IMG/VR virus record: IMGVR_UViG_3300045988_112955 | DNA: 36,776 nt | Direction: 5' to 3' (one strand) | From: a virus | Shown here: piece after piece, positions 15,011 through 24,343 of the stretch | Layout of the letters: each line of letters begins with the position of its first letter | Numbering within the stretch: the stretch's first letter is position 1 | Made by a program: the position numbers and the translations under genes | Notes under the pieces: model-generated | The model's database searches: none | Told to the model about the DNA's origin: nothing | Seen by the model: the letters and a program-made list of their open reading frames with translations, nothing else

Positions 15011-16113
15011 TACTCGGCTTTTACTGCAATTGTAGCAGTTCCGCATTTTAATGCTTTATTATCTTTATCAACTTCTACTACAACAATTTTATTACCATTG
15101 ATTCCATCAATATCACTTGTACCGTCCCAATTAGTATAGCCACTTGTGCATACTTGACCAAATTGTGGTTTTGTTGGGTTAGCTGCCATTTTGATTTTAT
15201 AACTGTTTCCCTCTCCTAATGCTGGTGTAACGGTTAATTTTGTCGCTCCCGTTTCCGTTCCAGCCACGGATTTTATTGTTAATTCACCTAATTGTGATTG
15301 TACTGTTTTTCTTAATAATGTTTGTTTCTTAGTTACTTTGTAGCCATAAACTTGACGTCCTTGTACTGCACTTGCACCGATGAAGTTACCCGATCCTTTT
15401 AAATCATTAACCGCAACTGGCACTTTCCAATCTTTAACCCTGTGGCACCAATTAGGATGACCGAAGATAATTTCAGTTGTTTCATCGGCATATGTACACT
15501 CAATAATGTTGTAACCAGCAATTTGACCGATAATTCCTTGTTTGATTAGTGTTTCGTTTAATTTATCCGCTGCTAAGAATTTTGGTTCATTTAATAACAA
15601 CTCATAAATTTCGGGTGTTACAATTGCAAAACGACCAATTTTAGGTACTCCCAATTTAGAATGTTTAGTACGTGCTTTAGTAAAAAATGAATAAACATTA
15701 TCATTTGTTAATGCAACAGTACCGCCAAATTCAGTGGAATTATCTTCTAATGTTTTCATACCTACACTATCTAAACTCAAAGCCAATGAATAGCCAGCAC
15801 TGTCTAATCTATCAGCTACTAAATTGTCGGGTACTGTTTGAGCGGTATAACCATCAATTAACTCATTTACTGCTTCATCTTGATTGATTAACATATCTTC
15901 GTAGGTTGTACTGCTCTCAGTTAAGCCAGCACCTTTTGAACGATCGTATCTATTCACTTCTACTTCTGTATCACGAACGGGGATTTTAACTGCACCAGCT
16001 TTCGGGTCACCCTCATAACGATTATTAAAAACAACTCCATCTTTTAATACTAATTCATTTCTTAATTTAATATCAATTAATTTCGAATATCTCACTTGAC
16101 TTTCATGTCCCAT
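15010..16113 (-). CDS. Major capsid protein with C-terminal Ig-like domain
   Basis: 367 aa after the scaffold gene. The C-terminal ~90 aa (LGELTIKSVAGTETGATKLTVTPALGEGNSYKIK...) are beta-rich and Big_2-like. RBS AGGAGGAAA. Confidence 0.8.
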   Translation of the reverse strand: MGHESQVRYSKLIDIKLRNELVLKDGVVFNNRYEGDPKAGAVKIPVRDTEVEVNRYDRSKGAGLTESSTTYEDMLINQDEAVNELIDGYTAQTVPDNLVADRLDSAGYSLALSLDSVGMKTLEDNSTEFGGTVALTNDNVYSFFTKARTKHSKLGVPKIGRFAIVTPEIYELLLNEPKFLAADKLNETLIKQGIIGQIAGYNIIECTYADETTEIIFGHPNWCHRVKDWKVPVAVNDLKGSGNFIGASAVQGRQVYGYKVTKKQTLLRKTVQSQLGELTIKSVAGTETGATKLTVTPALGEGNSYKIKMAANPTKPQFGQVCTSGYTNWDGTSDIDGINGNKIVVVEVDKDNKALKCGTATIAVKAE

Positions 16114-16124
16114 ATTATTTCCTC

Positions 16125-16646
16125 CTAAATTTCTAAGTCTGGGTTTAATTCTTTAAAACGCGCTTCAACGCCGTCATCTTTGCTACCAGCACCGCCTTGA
16201 AACCCACCCGTATTGATTTGACCATTTTGAACTTCATCAAATAAATAGCCATCACTTTCCTTTAATGCAGTTAACTGATCCTCAAGACCCGTTAATTTTC
16301 CATCTTCCAATTTGATGTTTTTAATTTCTAATAAGGCTTTTAATGCTTTTGCGTTCTTTGGATTAGATTTAGCAATAGCAACATCTAACTCTTTTTCAAA
16401 CATTAGGTTATTATATTTTTCCTCCCAATCACTGCCAGCTTTTTTTAACGCTTCAATATCAATATCTTTAAACTTAGCTAGATCATTTTCTAAAGTTGTT
16501 TTTTCGCCTTTCAAAGTATTAATTTCAGTGTCTTTAGCATTTAATTTAGCTCCCCAATCATTTGCATCGTTATTGTGCAGTTTCATGACTGCGTTTACTT
16601 GTTCTTCACTTAAACCCTCAATTTTTAATAAATCTTCTCTTTTCAT
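16125..16646 (-). CDS. Scaffolding protein (GP20-like)
   Basis: MKREDLLKIEGLSEEQVNAVMKLHNNDANDW start; acidic coiled coil; immediately upstream of the capsid gene. Confidence 0.75.
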   Translation of the reverse strand: MKREDLLKIEGLSEEQVNAVMKLHNNDANDWGAKLNAKDTEINTLKGEKTTLENDLAKFKDIDIEALKKAGSDWEEKYNNLMFEKELDVAIAKSNPKNAKALKALLEIKNIKLEDGKLTGLEDQLTALKESDGYLFDEVQNGQINTGGFQGGAGSKDDGVEARFKELNPDLEI

Positions 16647-16731
16647 TTTTCCTCCATTAACGCTTTATTTAACGTGTGAAGCGTACACGATGGTTGCTTG
16701 CCTTTTTAACGTCTTGCGCCATGACGAAGTA

Positions 16732-16755
16732 TAAAAAAACGCCCCTAGGGACGTT
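16732..16755 (-). terminator. Internal terminator-like hairpin between the Mu-F-like and scaffold genes
   Basis: Minus strand reads AACGTCCCTAGGGGCGTT (imperfect palindrome, one mismatch) followed by TTTTTTTAT. Confidence 0.45.
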
Positions 16756-16761
16756 TAATTA

Positions 16762-17781
16762 TTAAATTATAAATTCTCTTGTATAATCTCTTGTTAAGCC
16801 ATGTTCTTTAACAAAATCACTATTGCGTTTTTGCCACTCTCTAACCTTGTTTTTATAGAAAGTGTTATCTTGACCTAAAGTGTCTACTGCATTAGCTTTT
16901 TGTTTCCATTTTCTTATAGCACGCTCATTAGCACGTTGCTGCTGCTCTAATTTATAAAGCTTTTCATTTTCTTTAAGATCATATGTATCAAACGCTCTTT
17001 TATCCCCTAAGACATAAGGATAAAATCGATGTTTACAGTTCACACCTCCTAAACCGTCTACACTGCCGTATTTGGTAGCTTCATAAAAGTTTTGATACTT
17101 GCTAGTACTGCCCTCTAGCATATAAAGCTTACCTTGCCACAATGCGTGTTCGGGGCGAGCATTCGGGTGACTGGATACTTCTACATAGTTAGTACCTAAC
17201 TGCTTACATGCATTCAACGAATGATCATTGGCATTTTGATGCATAGTTGTTAATATATCCCGTCTTGCTACTGCTTCTAAAGACATATTAACGATAGAAC
17301 CGTCTTTTCTCACATACGTAGCACCCGTAAAGCCTTTGTCTACTAACTGTGTTATCGCTTTCTTAATCTCTATATCATACGTGGAAGTACCACTAATAAC
17401 ACTCGAATATGCTTGATTTAAAACATCTAAATAACCTTGTCTAAATGCTTCTAATGCGTTTGTTTTAACATTCCTCAAAATAGTTTTATCAACTTTTGGT
17501 ATATTAACAGTATCCTGGTATTTCTTTCTTAGATTGGCAAAAAATGAGTTCTTAATAGCATTGTTATAACTGCTACTTGGCATTGATTTAATAACACTAT
17601 TTGCAATACTGATTAAAGCACCCATCTTTAAGACTTTTCCCATGTACCAATCATCGTTAATATCATCATCGTTGTAGCCTTTAAGATCATTTGCTATTAG
17701 ATCAAACAACTGCCCCTCAGCTTCGATATAGTCATTAACAAATTGATTTGCTAAATAAAGCATTTGCTTATCACTTAACAT
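16762..17781 (-). CDS. Head morphogenesis protein (SPP1 gp7 / Mu F-like minor capsid protein)
   Basis: VSSHPNARPEHALWQGKLY and GGVNCKHRFYPY motifs; position after the portal gene. Confidence 0.8.
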   Translation of the reverse strand: MLSDKQMLYLANQFVNDYIEAEGQLFDLIANDLKGYNDDDINDDWYMGKVLKMGALISIANSVIKSMPSSSYNNAIKNSFFANLRKKYQDTVNIPKVDKTILRNVKTNALEAFRQGYLDVLNQAYSSVISGTSTYDIEIKKAITQLVDKGFTGATYVRKDGSIVNMSLEAVARRDILTTMHQNANDHSLNACKQLGTNYVEVSSHPNARPEHALWQGKLYMLEGSTSKYQNFYEATKYGSVDGLGGVNCKHRFYPYVLGDKRAFDTYDLKENEKLYKLEQQQRANERAIRKWKQKANAVDTLGQDNTFYKNKVREWQKRNSDFVKEHGLTRDYTREFII

Positions 17782-17782
17782 A

Positions 17783-19144
17783 CTATTCCTCTATTGGCGG
17801 TTCTTCTTGCGGTTTAGGTAATCTTTTTTGAATTTCATCAACATATTTTTTCGCTTGAACAACTGTCATTTTCTTCGTTAATACAAAGTATTCTACTTTA
17901 TCTATTAATCCAGCGTTATACTCAATTAGTGCTTGCTTTTTAATACTGTCGGTATCTTCAATTATGCTATCATCAAAATTGACACTAACGTTACAATCAG
18001 TGCATTTGTTTAAGAATAAGATAGCTTTTACTAAATCAATTAGTGGTGTTTCTAAAGACAGTTCATGTTTTTTAAGATTAGCGTATAAGTCGCTATCCTC
18101 GCTAATGACTTCCGTTGCAGTCTTAACACCACCTAAAGTAAATTCATATCTATTAGTACCCATACCGCACTTTTCACTTAATAAATTTAATTGAAACTGA
18201 ATTGCCTTGATATGATCATCGGCTCGTAATGCTGGTGAGTAGTCTTTTACTAACTCACCGTTATCTTCTTTGTCACCGATCCAGCGAATAATATTTTCTT
18301 TTCTAGATATAACGTCTTTTTTGTTACCTTTATCATCAAAACCGAATAATTGGTTTTTTAAGAATACCATTCGACGACCCGTTATGAAATCATTGTTAAG
18401 ACTGTCAAAAGCCATATCAATTTCTTTTAATACATCTATTGCATTTCCATATACACTAATCCCCATTGGACTATTAATATCATAGTTGTTAACAATATTT
18501 GGTGTAATAATTTGAAACATTGGATTTGTGGAATGAGTTTCCCATTTACCAACCATGTCTTTAATGTCTACTAATATTATTTCATCACCTTTAATTTTAA
18601 ATCGATAGTTTTCTACAACATAAGCACCGTTAGGTTTAGTATGTATTTGTAAATAATATATCCTTTCTTTATCAACTACTCCAACACTCCCGAAAGCACA
18701 TTCAGTAATAATACCGTTTTGCCAAGATAATGGATAAATCTTATCCGCAGTTATGTAATCTATTGCTGGTTTACCGTCTTTTATGAACTCTACAAAAGCT
18801 CCCGTACCAAAGGCAAAACTTGTTTCAATTAGCTGGTTAGCTTTCTTTCTAAAGTTATTGCTTTTCAATATTTCTTTAACTGTTATATCGCAATTCTCAT
18901 CATCTATCTTAAAATCAACTTTTTCGTTTAGAAGTAAGTTCGCCCAATCTTCACAAACAGTCTTTGCCATTCCTAACTGTAAAATATTGTTTTCTACTTC
19001 ACAAACCCCATTGTAAAAAGAGGATTTGTGAAATTCATCTATGTTGCATTCATACCAGTCTTTCCAATCGTCGATTTTACTATAAAAATCGGTCTCTACT
19101 GTTTGATAACCTTTCTTTTGTAAGAATGTAATAATCGCATTCAA
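17783..19144 (-). CDS. Portal protein
   Basis: 453 aa directly after TerL. TTG start 6 nt after GAGAGGAA. Confidence 0.85.
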   Translation of the reverse strand: MNAIITFLQKKGYQTVETDFYSKIDDWKDWYECNIDEFHKSSFYNGVCEVENNILQLGMAKTVCEDWANLLLNEKVDFKIDDENCDITVKEILKSNNFRKKANQLIETSFAFGTGAFVEFIKDGKPAIDYITADKIYPLSWQNGIITECAFGSVGVVDKERIYYLQIHTKPNGAYVVENYRFKIKGDEIILVDIKDMVGKWETHSTNPMFQIITPNIVNNYDINSPMGISVYGNAIDVLKEIDMAFDSLNNDFITGRRMVFLKNQLFGFDDKGNKKDVISRKENIIRWIGDKEDNGELVKDYSPALRADDHIKAIQFQLNLLSEKCGMGTNRYEFTLGGVKTATEVISEDSDLYANLKKHELSLETPLIDLVKAILFLNKCTDCNVSVNFDDSIIEDTDSIKKQALIEYNAGLIDKVEYFVLTKKMTVVQAKKYVDEIQKRLPKPQEEPPIEE

Positions 19145-19147
19145 ATT

Positions 19148-20479
19148 TTATTCCTCTCTTTCCGTTTTTGGTAAAAACATTTTAATGTATTTCCACAATC
19201 CCATAACAAGATATCTAAATCCGTCTTGGCAATGATCGTTTTCTTTTACAGGGACTTCTTTTCCTTTGTCTAGCAAATCTTTGTTCCATTCGTATAACGA
19301 CATTTCCCTTTTCAGATACTTTTGTCGCTTAGAAAACTTTACAATTTCAAATGTCATAATCTTTTGTACTCGGTTAATTCCTTTGATTACCGTATTATCA
19401 GCACCTATATAACTGATATCGGGGCATATCCGTTGTATTTCTTCTCTTAGTCCAGCAGCACTCGGATCTATGTAAACATAAATTAGTTTTTTACCCGTTA
19501 GATCCTCGCACTGTTTACGAAACTTTTTAAACTCTTTTGCATAATCGCTAGGGCTCTTTTGATGTCCGCTTTCTCGACCGCTATGGTAAAATTCATCAAC
19601 ACCCAATAACTGCTTATTAGCTATATCTAATCCGAAGCATTCAAATGTTGTTGCATTCATTTGTCCGTAGTCAATACCACAACCTAAAAAAGAGCAACTA
19701 CTATAATCGCTCTTTTCAAAATCGTACATCATACTGTCTTTAAACATATAATAAATAAGTTCATCAAGTCCCGTACATAGACCTAACCATAGCCAATTGT
19801 ACATCTTTTCATCAAGCAATTTTAATATTTCAGCACTTGCTATTAATTTCTTACCTAGCCATTTTACTGGAACGTCTCGATAATCATTATGAATATGTAC
19901 GCAGTCGGGGCGCTTTTTCATAGAATTAAGCCATTCCATAATAGGTGCTTTAGGATTACGTGGAGGATTGAAGTAGTATTCCATTGTAAATAGATCATCA
20001 TTTCCACGGATAAATGTTGCTTCAATGTTTGCTAACTCATCCGCTCCGTCTCCTTTATCGAAGAATTCTGTTAATTCATCAATTTGCACAAGTTTGATTG
20101 GTTTTTTTTCATCAATCATACCTTTAGTATCATCTATACTATCGTTTCCCGTGAAATAAATCGTATTGCCGTTAGGCAAGTATTTAATTTCCATTGGTGA
20201 CACTGTAATCTTAAAATCACTCTTATCTAACCCTAATCGAGTAATCGCTCTTAAAACTTCTTTAAATACTGTTTTCTTTAGTTTGTTATGAAACTTTCTA
20301 ATTACTACAACACTGCAATTATCGTCACTTACAATACTATTAACCGCTTTAATACCGCCCCTTGATGATTTAGTACCAGCTCGGCCACTTGTATATATCT
20401 TATGTGCTTCGCTTGTATTGAACGTACCGTGATACTTTGGAATTATAAGCTCACTTAATCTAATCTCTTGGCAAGTCAT
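19148..20479 (-). CDS. terL: Terminase large subunit
   Basis: 443 aa. Walker A-like SGRAGTKSS, Walker B LVQIDELTEF, C-terminal nuclease motif DHCQDGFRYLV. It overlaps TerS by 20 nt. Confidence 0.88.
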   Translation of the reverse strand: MTCQEIRLSELIIPKYHGTFNTSEAHKIYTSGRAGTKSSRGGIKAVNSIVSDDNCSVVVIRKFHNKLKKTVFKEVLRAITRLGLDKSDFKITVSPMEIKYLPNGNTIYFTGNDSIDDTKGMIDEKKPIKLVQIDELTEFFDKGDGADELANIEATFIRGNDDLFTMEYYFNPPRNPKAPIMEWLNSMKKRPDCVHIHNDYRDVPVKWLGKKLIASAEILKLLDEKMYNWLWLGLCTGLDELIYYMFKDSMMYDFEKSDYSSCSFLGCGIDYGQMNATTFECFGLDIANKQLLGVDEFYHSGRESGHQKSPSDYAKEFKKFRKQCEDLTGKKLIYVYIDPSAAGLREEIQRICPDISYIGADNTVIKGINRVQKIMTFEIVKFSKRQKYLKREMSLYEWNKDLLDKGKEVPVKENDHCQDGFRYLVMGLWKYIKMFLPKTEREE

Positions 20480-20849
20480 TTATAATAGTTACCTTTTCAT
20501 TTTGTTTATTAATATTGGCATTGCTATACTTATCTATCACTATACCTATTGCGGTAGCTAAATTAATAATAGATGTTTTCTCGATTTTCTCTTCTTTGCA
20601 CATTTCTTCAAATGCCTTATCGATGAATTTGAACGCCGTATCTCTTTTTTGATCAAGGTATTCTAACATATCCCTAGTATTTTGTTCTTTTTTCTCTTGC
20701 GCTTTTTTAACGATATCCGTACGATTGGATAGTCTCCTAACAGTATCTTTAGATACCTTATGTTTTCTTGCTACTTCCGAATAGTTTCCGCACTCAACGT
20801 AATCAGCTATTATTTGCTTTTTCTTCGCATCTGTTAAGTGTTTTGCCAT
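20460..20849 (-). CDS. terS: Terminase small subunit (HTH)
   Basis: MAKHLTDAKKKQIIADYVECGNYSEVARKHKVSKDTVRRL HTH; first gene of the late operon; RBS GGAGGTG. Confidence 0.75.
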   Translation of the reverse strand: MAKHLTDAKKKQIIADYVECGNYSEVARKHKVSKDTVRRLSNRTDIVKKAQEKKEQNTRDMLEYLDQKRDTAFKFIDKAFEEMCKEEKIEKTSIINLATAIGIVIDKYSNANINKQNEKVTIINDLPRD

Positions 20850-20925
20850 TCTTCAAGCACCTCCAATATATATCTATTACGTTGTCTAATTCTTCATCAT
20901 CGTCCATTTTCCCGCCCCCTTATAT

Positions 20926-20977
20926 TATCTAAAGCGATACTACTTATAGGGAGAGGTTGGTAATATCGCTTTAGATA
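20926..20977. promoter_or_regulatory. 14-bp perfect inverted repeat upstream of terS (late-activator site or pac-related)
   Basis: TATCTAAAGCGATA (20926-20939) pairs with TATCGCTTTAGATA (20964-20977), with a 24-nt spacer. Confidence 0.5.
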
Positions 20978-20978
20978 G

Positions 20979-21004
20979 TAAAAAAGCAGCCATTTGACTG
21001 CTTT
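20979..21004 (-). terminator. Terminator between the ArpU-like gene and the late operon
   Basis: Minus strand reads AAAGCAG-TCAAATGG-CTGCTTT followed by TTTTAC. Confidence 0.55.
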
Positions 21005-21143
21005 ATAAAAGGAAATGAGTATCATATAAAGAAAACTAAAACCATGTTGTAACTCTAACAATTAGTAGCTATTTTGTGGATTAACCATTTTTCCACAATA
21101 CAATAATAACATATAAATAGCCTATTTTAGTCTCAGTTTAGTC

Positions 21144-21599
21144 TCAATAGATTTCTTTATCATAATCATCAATCGTCATTATCGGGCTTAAACATAACAA
21201 CATATTAAGCTTAATGTATACATCATCGAGAATTCGATAAAACGTTGCTCGCGAATACCCGCGTTTAGATGCTAAAGCTTCCCTTAAATCTGAATTATCT
21301 GGGTTATTAGAAAATATAATGCACACTTCTTTTTCTTCTTCGTTTAAAACAGTTATCGCACGTTCCAGCGAATTAATAAGAAAATTATAATTGCTTATAA
21401 GAATATCGTATTGATCGCATTGTTCTATTATCTTTTGCATTTTGGCAATAACGCTACTGTGGTTCCCACCTGGCATATTATCACTTCCAATAGGAATAGC
21501 ACGTTTCATGTCCATTAGTTCGTCTCTAGTTTCTTCCAAAAGCTGAACAGTGCGTTTCCATTTCTTCCAATTTTGTAGATAATACTTGCTTTCTTTCAT
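21144..21599 (-). CDS. ArpU/RinA-like late transcriptional activator
   Basis: 151 aa, last gene before terS. C-terminal sigma region-4-like LNEEEKEVCIIF...SKRGYSRATFYRILDDVYIKL. Confidence 0.7.
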   Translation of the reverse strand: MKESKYYLQNWKKWKRTVQLLEETRDELMDMKRAIPIGSDNMPGGNHSSVIAKMQKIIEQCDQYDILISNYNFLINSLERAITVLNEEEKEVCIIFSNNPDNSDLREALASKRGYSRATFYRILDDVYIKLNMLLCLSPIMTIDDYDKEIY

Positions 21600-21964
21600 T
21601 ATGCTATGTCCTTTCTTATTAAATATCTGTTTTCAAGGAGTTTATTTGAGTATGTTGCCTTTTTTATATGTTCTAAAGTATATTTATCTTCAAAAAACTC
21701 TTCTTTAATATCTCGTAGGAAACCAATATAAATTAATTTTCCTCTTCTTATATCGTGAACCCCGTATTTTTTAAGTTTTCTATATCCATAATCTTCGAAG
21801 CCAAGTTCTTTTATAAAGTTTTCATAGCTTTTAAATAAACTGCATATGTAATCTAAGTCGCCTCCCTCACTGTAAAATGTACCGTCTCTAGGCACACAAC
21901 CGTATTTATCTACATAAGTATTTACAATCTCTATATTATTTTTTAATTTATCCGTTATTATCAT
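21599..21964 (-). CDS. Hypothetical protein, N-terminal homing-endonuclease-associated-repeat-like
   Basis: VPRDGTFYSEGGDLDYICSLFKSYENFIKELGFE resembles the HNH-associated repeat. The rest is unassigned. Confidence 0.55.
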   Translation of the reverse strand: MIITDKLKNNIEIVNTYVDKYGCVPRDGTFYSEGGDLDYICSLFKSYENFIKELGFEDYGYRKLKKYGVHDIRRGKLIYIGFLRDIKEEFFEDKYTLEHIKKATYSNKLLENRYLIRKDIA

Positions 21965-22163
21965 TTTTTGACCTCTTTCCTTGTGGATCTTCTCCTATTA
22001 CATATCCTCTAAGTTTAGGTTTAATTATTCCTGCTCGTACCTTGGTACAATGTTGTATAAATGTTTTCGATGATTTCTTTCCCATGTATGCAGCACATTC
22101 CTTAGAACTTCCAACACATACGGGAAAGTCGTTTTCATCGTATATTGCATATAACTTACTCAT
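21948..22163 (-). CDS. Hypothetical 71-aa early protein
   Basis: Intact ORF in operon; no strong motif. Confidence 0.5.
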   Translation of the reverse strand: MSKLYAIYDENDFPVCVGSSKECAAYMGKKSSKTFIQHCTKVRAGIIKPKLRGYVIGEDPQGKRSKNDNNG

Positions 22164-22166
22164 TTT

Positions 22167-22757
22167 TTAGCTCTCTAGATTAGCGCATTGCGCTGGAAAG
22201 AAGCGATTTTCTTCAAACGGACTATCTGATATAGTACCATCAATATATTTTCTATGAATTGCATTTTTAGAAATTAATTCGATTTGGCAAATAAGTTTTT
22301 CAATATCATCCCACACCCACATACCCTCTTTTAAATCTTCAAATTTGTATGGTTTGATATTTTCAATACAATTAACCAATTCATCATTAGCATGACTATC
22401 TAATATAATATTTTTAGCAGTAACCAACCCGTTATACAATCCAATCATATAGCTATCAGTTAAGTTATTTTTTTGTATTTCAATTACTTCATCTAAATTA
22501 TTGTTTAAATAAATATTTTGTAATTCCTTTTCATTCTTTACTCCAAAATGCTCACATAAGTTTCTTATTGTCATTTTCATACAGTGCGTTTCATACCTAT
22601 AATCATGAACATCATCAAGAATTTTTGAGTATTTTTCTTTAAGTTCAAAATGATCATCAATCAACTTCTTTAAAATATCATAACTATACCACTGAGTTTC
22701 TATATCAACTTGACTATGCATATTCTCTAATGCTCTTTTACATTCTTCTTTACTCAT
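22167..22757 (-). CDS. Hypothetical 196-aa early protein
   Basis: Start moved to ATG 22757 (MSKEECKRALE...), which overlaps the upstream stop (TATTATGAGTAA). The track ORF runs to 22862 inside the upstream gene. Confidence 0.6.
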   Translation of the reverse strand: MSKEECKRALENMHSQVDIETQWYSYDILKKLIDDHFELKEKYSKILDDVHDYRYETHCMKMTIRNLCEHFGVKNEKELQNIYLNNNLDEVIEIQKNNLTDSYMIGLYNGLVTAKNIILDSHANDELVNCIENIKPYKFEDLKEGMWVWDDIEKLICQIELISKNAIHRKYIDGTISDSPFEENRFFPAQCANLES

Positions 22758-23016
22758 AATAATCAAGCCACCCCTTAGCCACAAATATTTTAAATGCTTT
22801 TTTAGGCGATAAACATTGCTTCTTGCTCTCTTCGATTGCTTTATAAATATGGTTGCAATCAACGATACGACTTAATGCAAAATCACCCTTAAATAGCGTA
22901 CTTGCTATTACATATTTTTCCTCAACTCCTTTATACAACATACAATCAGGACATAATTTATCTAATAAAAGAATTAACTCTGTTTCTAATTTTAATTGCT
23001 CTTTTTTACTCAACAT
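22750..23016 (-). CDS. Hypothetical 88-aa early protein
   Basis: RBS AAAGGTGAAAG; intact ORF. Confidence 0.55.
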   Translation of the reverse strand: MLSKKEQLKLETELILLLDKLCPDCMLYKGVEEKYVIASTLFKGDFALSRIVDCNHIYKAIEESKKQCLSPKKAFKIFVAKGWLDYYE

Positions 23017-23209
23017 TTTCTTTCACCTTTAACAATCCTTGTTTATAATTTTTACTAAAACGTGATTTTCCATTATTAATCCATTTATACCCTTTTGGAT
23101 TAGTTGTTGCCCCTTTTATTATTTTCCAATCTTTAGGTAACTTGTCATAAACAATTACACCATTTTTACATAATTTTTCTAACACTTCATCAGCAACATT
23201 ATTTTCCAT
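23006..23209 (-). CDS. Hypothetical 67-aa early protein
   Basis: ATG 23209 lies in the junction GGGTGGATTTGATGGAAAAT. GTG 23218 is the alternative start used by the track. Confidence 0.5.
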   Translation of the reverse strand: MENNVADEVLEKLCKNGVIVYDKLPKDWKIIKGATTNPKGYKWINNGKSRFSKNYKQGLLKVKENVE

Positions 23210-23239
23210 CAAATCCACCCTAATTCCTCAAACATTTCT

Positions 23240-23602
23240 TTAGCGGTCATTTTCATCACTCCCTAAATACGGTTTTGGTAAAGGCATCCAAGCGATTACC
23301 CTATATTTATAATTATTCATTAACGGATATATCCACTCATGTGATTCATTAATATAAGCTAAAGATCTACGCGGAATAAAATCATTGTCTTCATATGTAA
23401 TCAGTACTTTCACAAACATTGGTGGCAGTTTCTTTTCAACTGGTATCCATGTTGTTTTATCAACTAATTCTTGTAGATTATCAACTCTACTTTTTGCAGA
23501 AGAGTTGCAAATACTTTGTATGTCACATTCATTACAAGCAACTCTTTTATTACAACTATTTTTTACAATATAATCTATCGCCTTTTGATATTTATTCTCC
23601 AT
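23240..23602 (-). CDS. DUF551-like protein
   Basis: WIPVEKKLPP...YRVIAWMPLPKPY is the DUF551 pattern. An N-terminal CxxC cluster is present. ATG 23602 shares a base with the upstream TGA (TGATG). Confidence 0.6.
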   Translation of the reverse strand: MENKYQKAIDYIVKNSCNKRVACNECDIQSICNSSAKSRVDNLQELVDKTTWIPVEKKLPPMFVKVLITYEDNDFIPRRSLAYINESHEWIYPLMNNYKYRVIAWMPLPKPYLGSDENDR

Positions 23603-23898
23603 CAAACCCACCCCAGTTCCTTACATTGTTGATTAATTGCTTTAAGCATATCTATATGCATTATTGTACTACCTTGTGGTTGATGGTCATTATATTCTTC
23701 GTATTCTTCTATAATAATTCGTTTTCTTACTTCAACAAAAGTAAGCATTGTGATATATCCTCCATCATCCATTTTATAGGCTAAACATGGTGCATTTTTA
23801 ATTAATTCAAATCCTAGTTTCTCGAACATTTCTTTAGCGGTCATTTTCATCATTTTAACTTCCTTTTTTCTTAATTCTCTTTCTTCATATTCATTCAT
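23602..23898 (-). CDS. Hypothetical 98-aa early protein (start uncertain)
   Basis: Intact ORF. Internal starts at MMKMTAKEMFE have RBS AAGGAAG. The N-terminal codons are duplicated at 23231-23258. Confidence 0.55.
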   Translation of the reverse strand: MNEYEERELRKKEVKMMKMTAKEMFEKLGFELIKNAPCLAYKMDDGGYITMLTFVEVRKRIIIEEYEEYNDHQPQGSTIMHIDMLKAINQQCKELGWV

Positions 23899-24208
23899 CT
23901 TTATCGCCCCAATCTAAAACTTGTTGACACTCTAAGCAACATTTATTTTTAATTTGATAGTCATAATCAAAATCATAAGGCAAAGGCTCTCCGCAATTAG
24001 GGCAATTATAAAATACCTCTTCTTTATCCCATTTTTCCTCTGGTTCGCAACGAATTTGTATGGGCTTCTTAGGTGCAGCTTTATCAACCAATTCTTGTAA
24101 TAATATACGATCCATTACAATTAGATCACAGTTACAATTGCCTTTTTCATCGAAATAATCATTTTTACAAAGCCTATCTAACGCTTCCTGATATTTTGAA
24201 TTACTCAT
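23891..24208 (-). CDS. Cys-rich zinc-finger-like early protein
   Basis: ATG 24208 follows GAGAGGTGGAAG. CxC, CPNCG and CCLECQ clusters. Confidence 0.55.
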   Translation of the reverse strand: MSNSKYQEALDRLCKNDYFDEKGNCNCDLIVMDRILLQELVDKAAPKKPIQIRCEPEEKWDKEEVFYNCPNCGEPLPYDFDYDYQIKNKCCLECQQVLDWGDKDE

Positions 24209-24343
24209 ACTTCCACCTCTCACAGTTTGCATATATGTTTATACATACAACAACTTTTTCTTAATCTAGAACATTTCTTTTTCTTAATTTCTTCTTTACA
24301 AAAATAACGACGATTACTTTTCATTGATAAAATATCCATTATT

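Noticed and set aside
20803-20907. 34-aa ORF (MDDDEELDNVIDIYWRCLKNGKTLNRCEEKANNS) overlapping the terS start
   Set aside because: It has a good RBS (AAGGGGG), but it overlaps the strong terS RBS and start in another frame and has no recognisable features. I cannot support it as a gene without conservation or expression data.
21599-21964. Degenerate GIY-YIG nuclease (YGVHDIRRGKLIYIG)
   Set aside because: The spacing between the GVH and YIG elements is shorter than in the canonical motif. The remaining about 55 aa are too few for the catalytic Arg/Glu/Asn core. It is noted only as a possible relic.
24220-24339. 39-aa Cys/Lys-rich minus-strand ORF in the 24233-24343 gap
   Set aside because: No Shine-Dalgarno-like sequence precedes either candidate ATG. 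It may be real but is unsupported.
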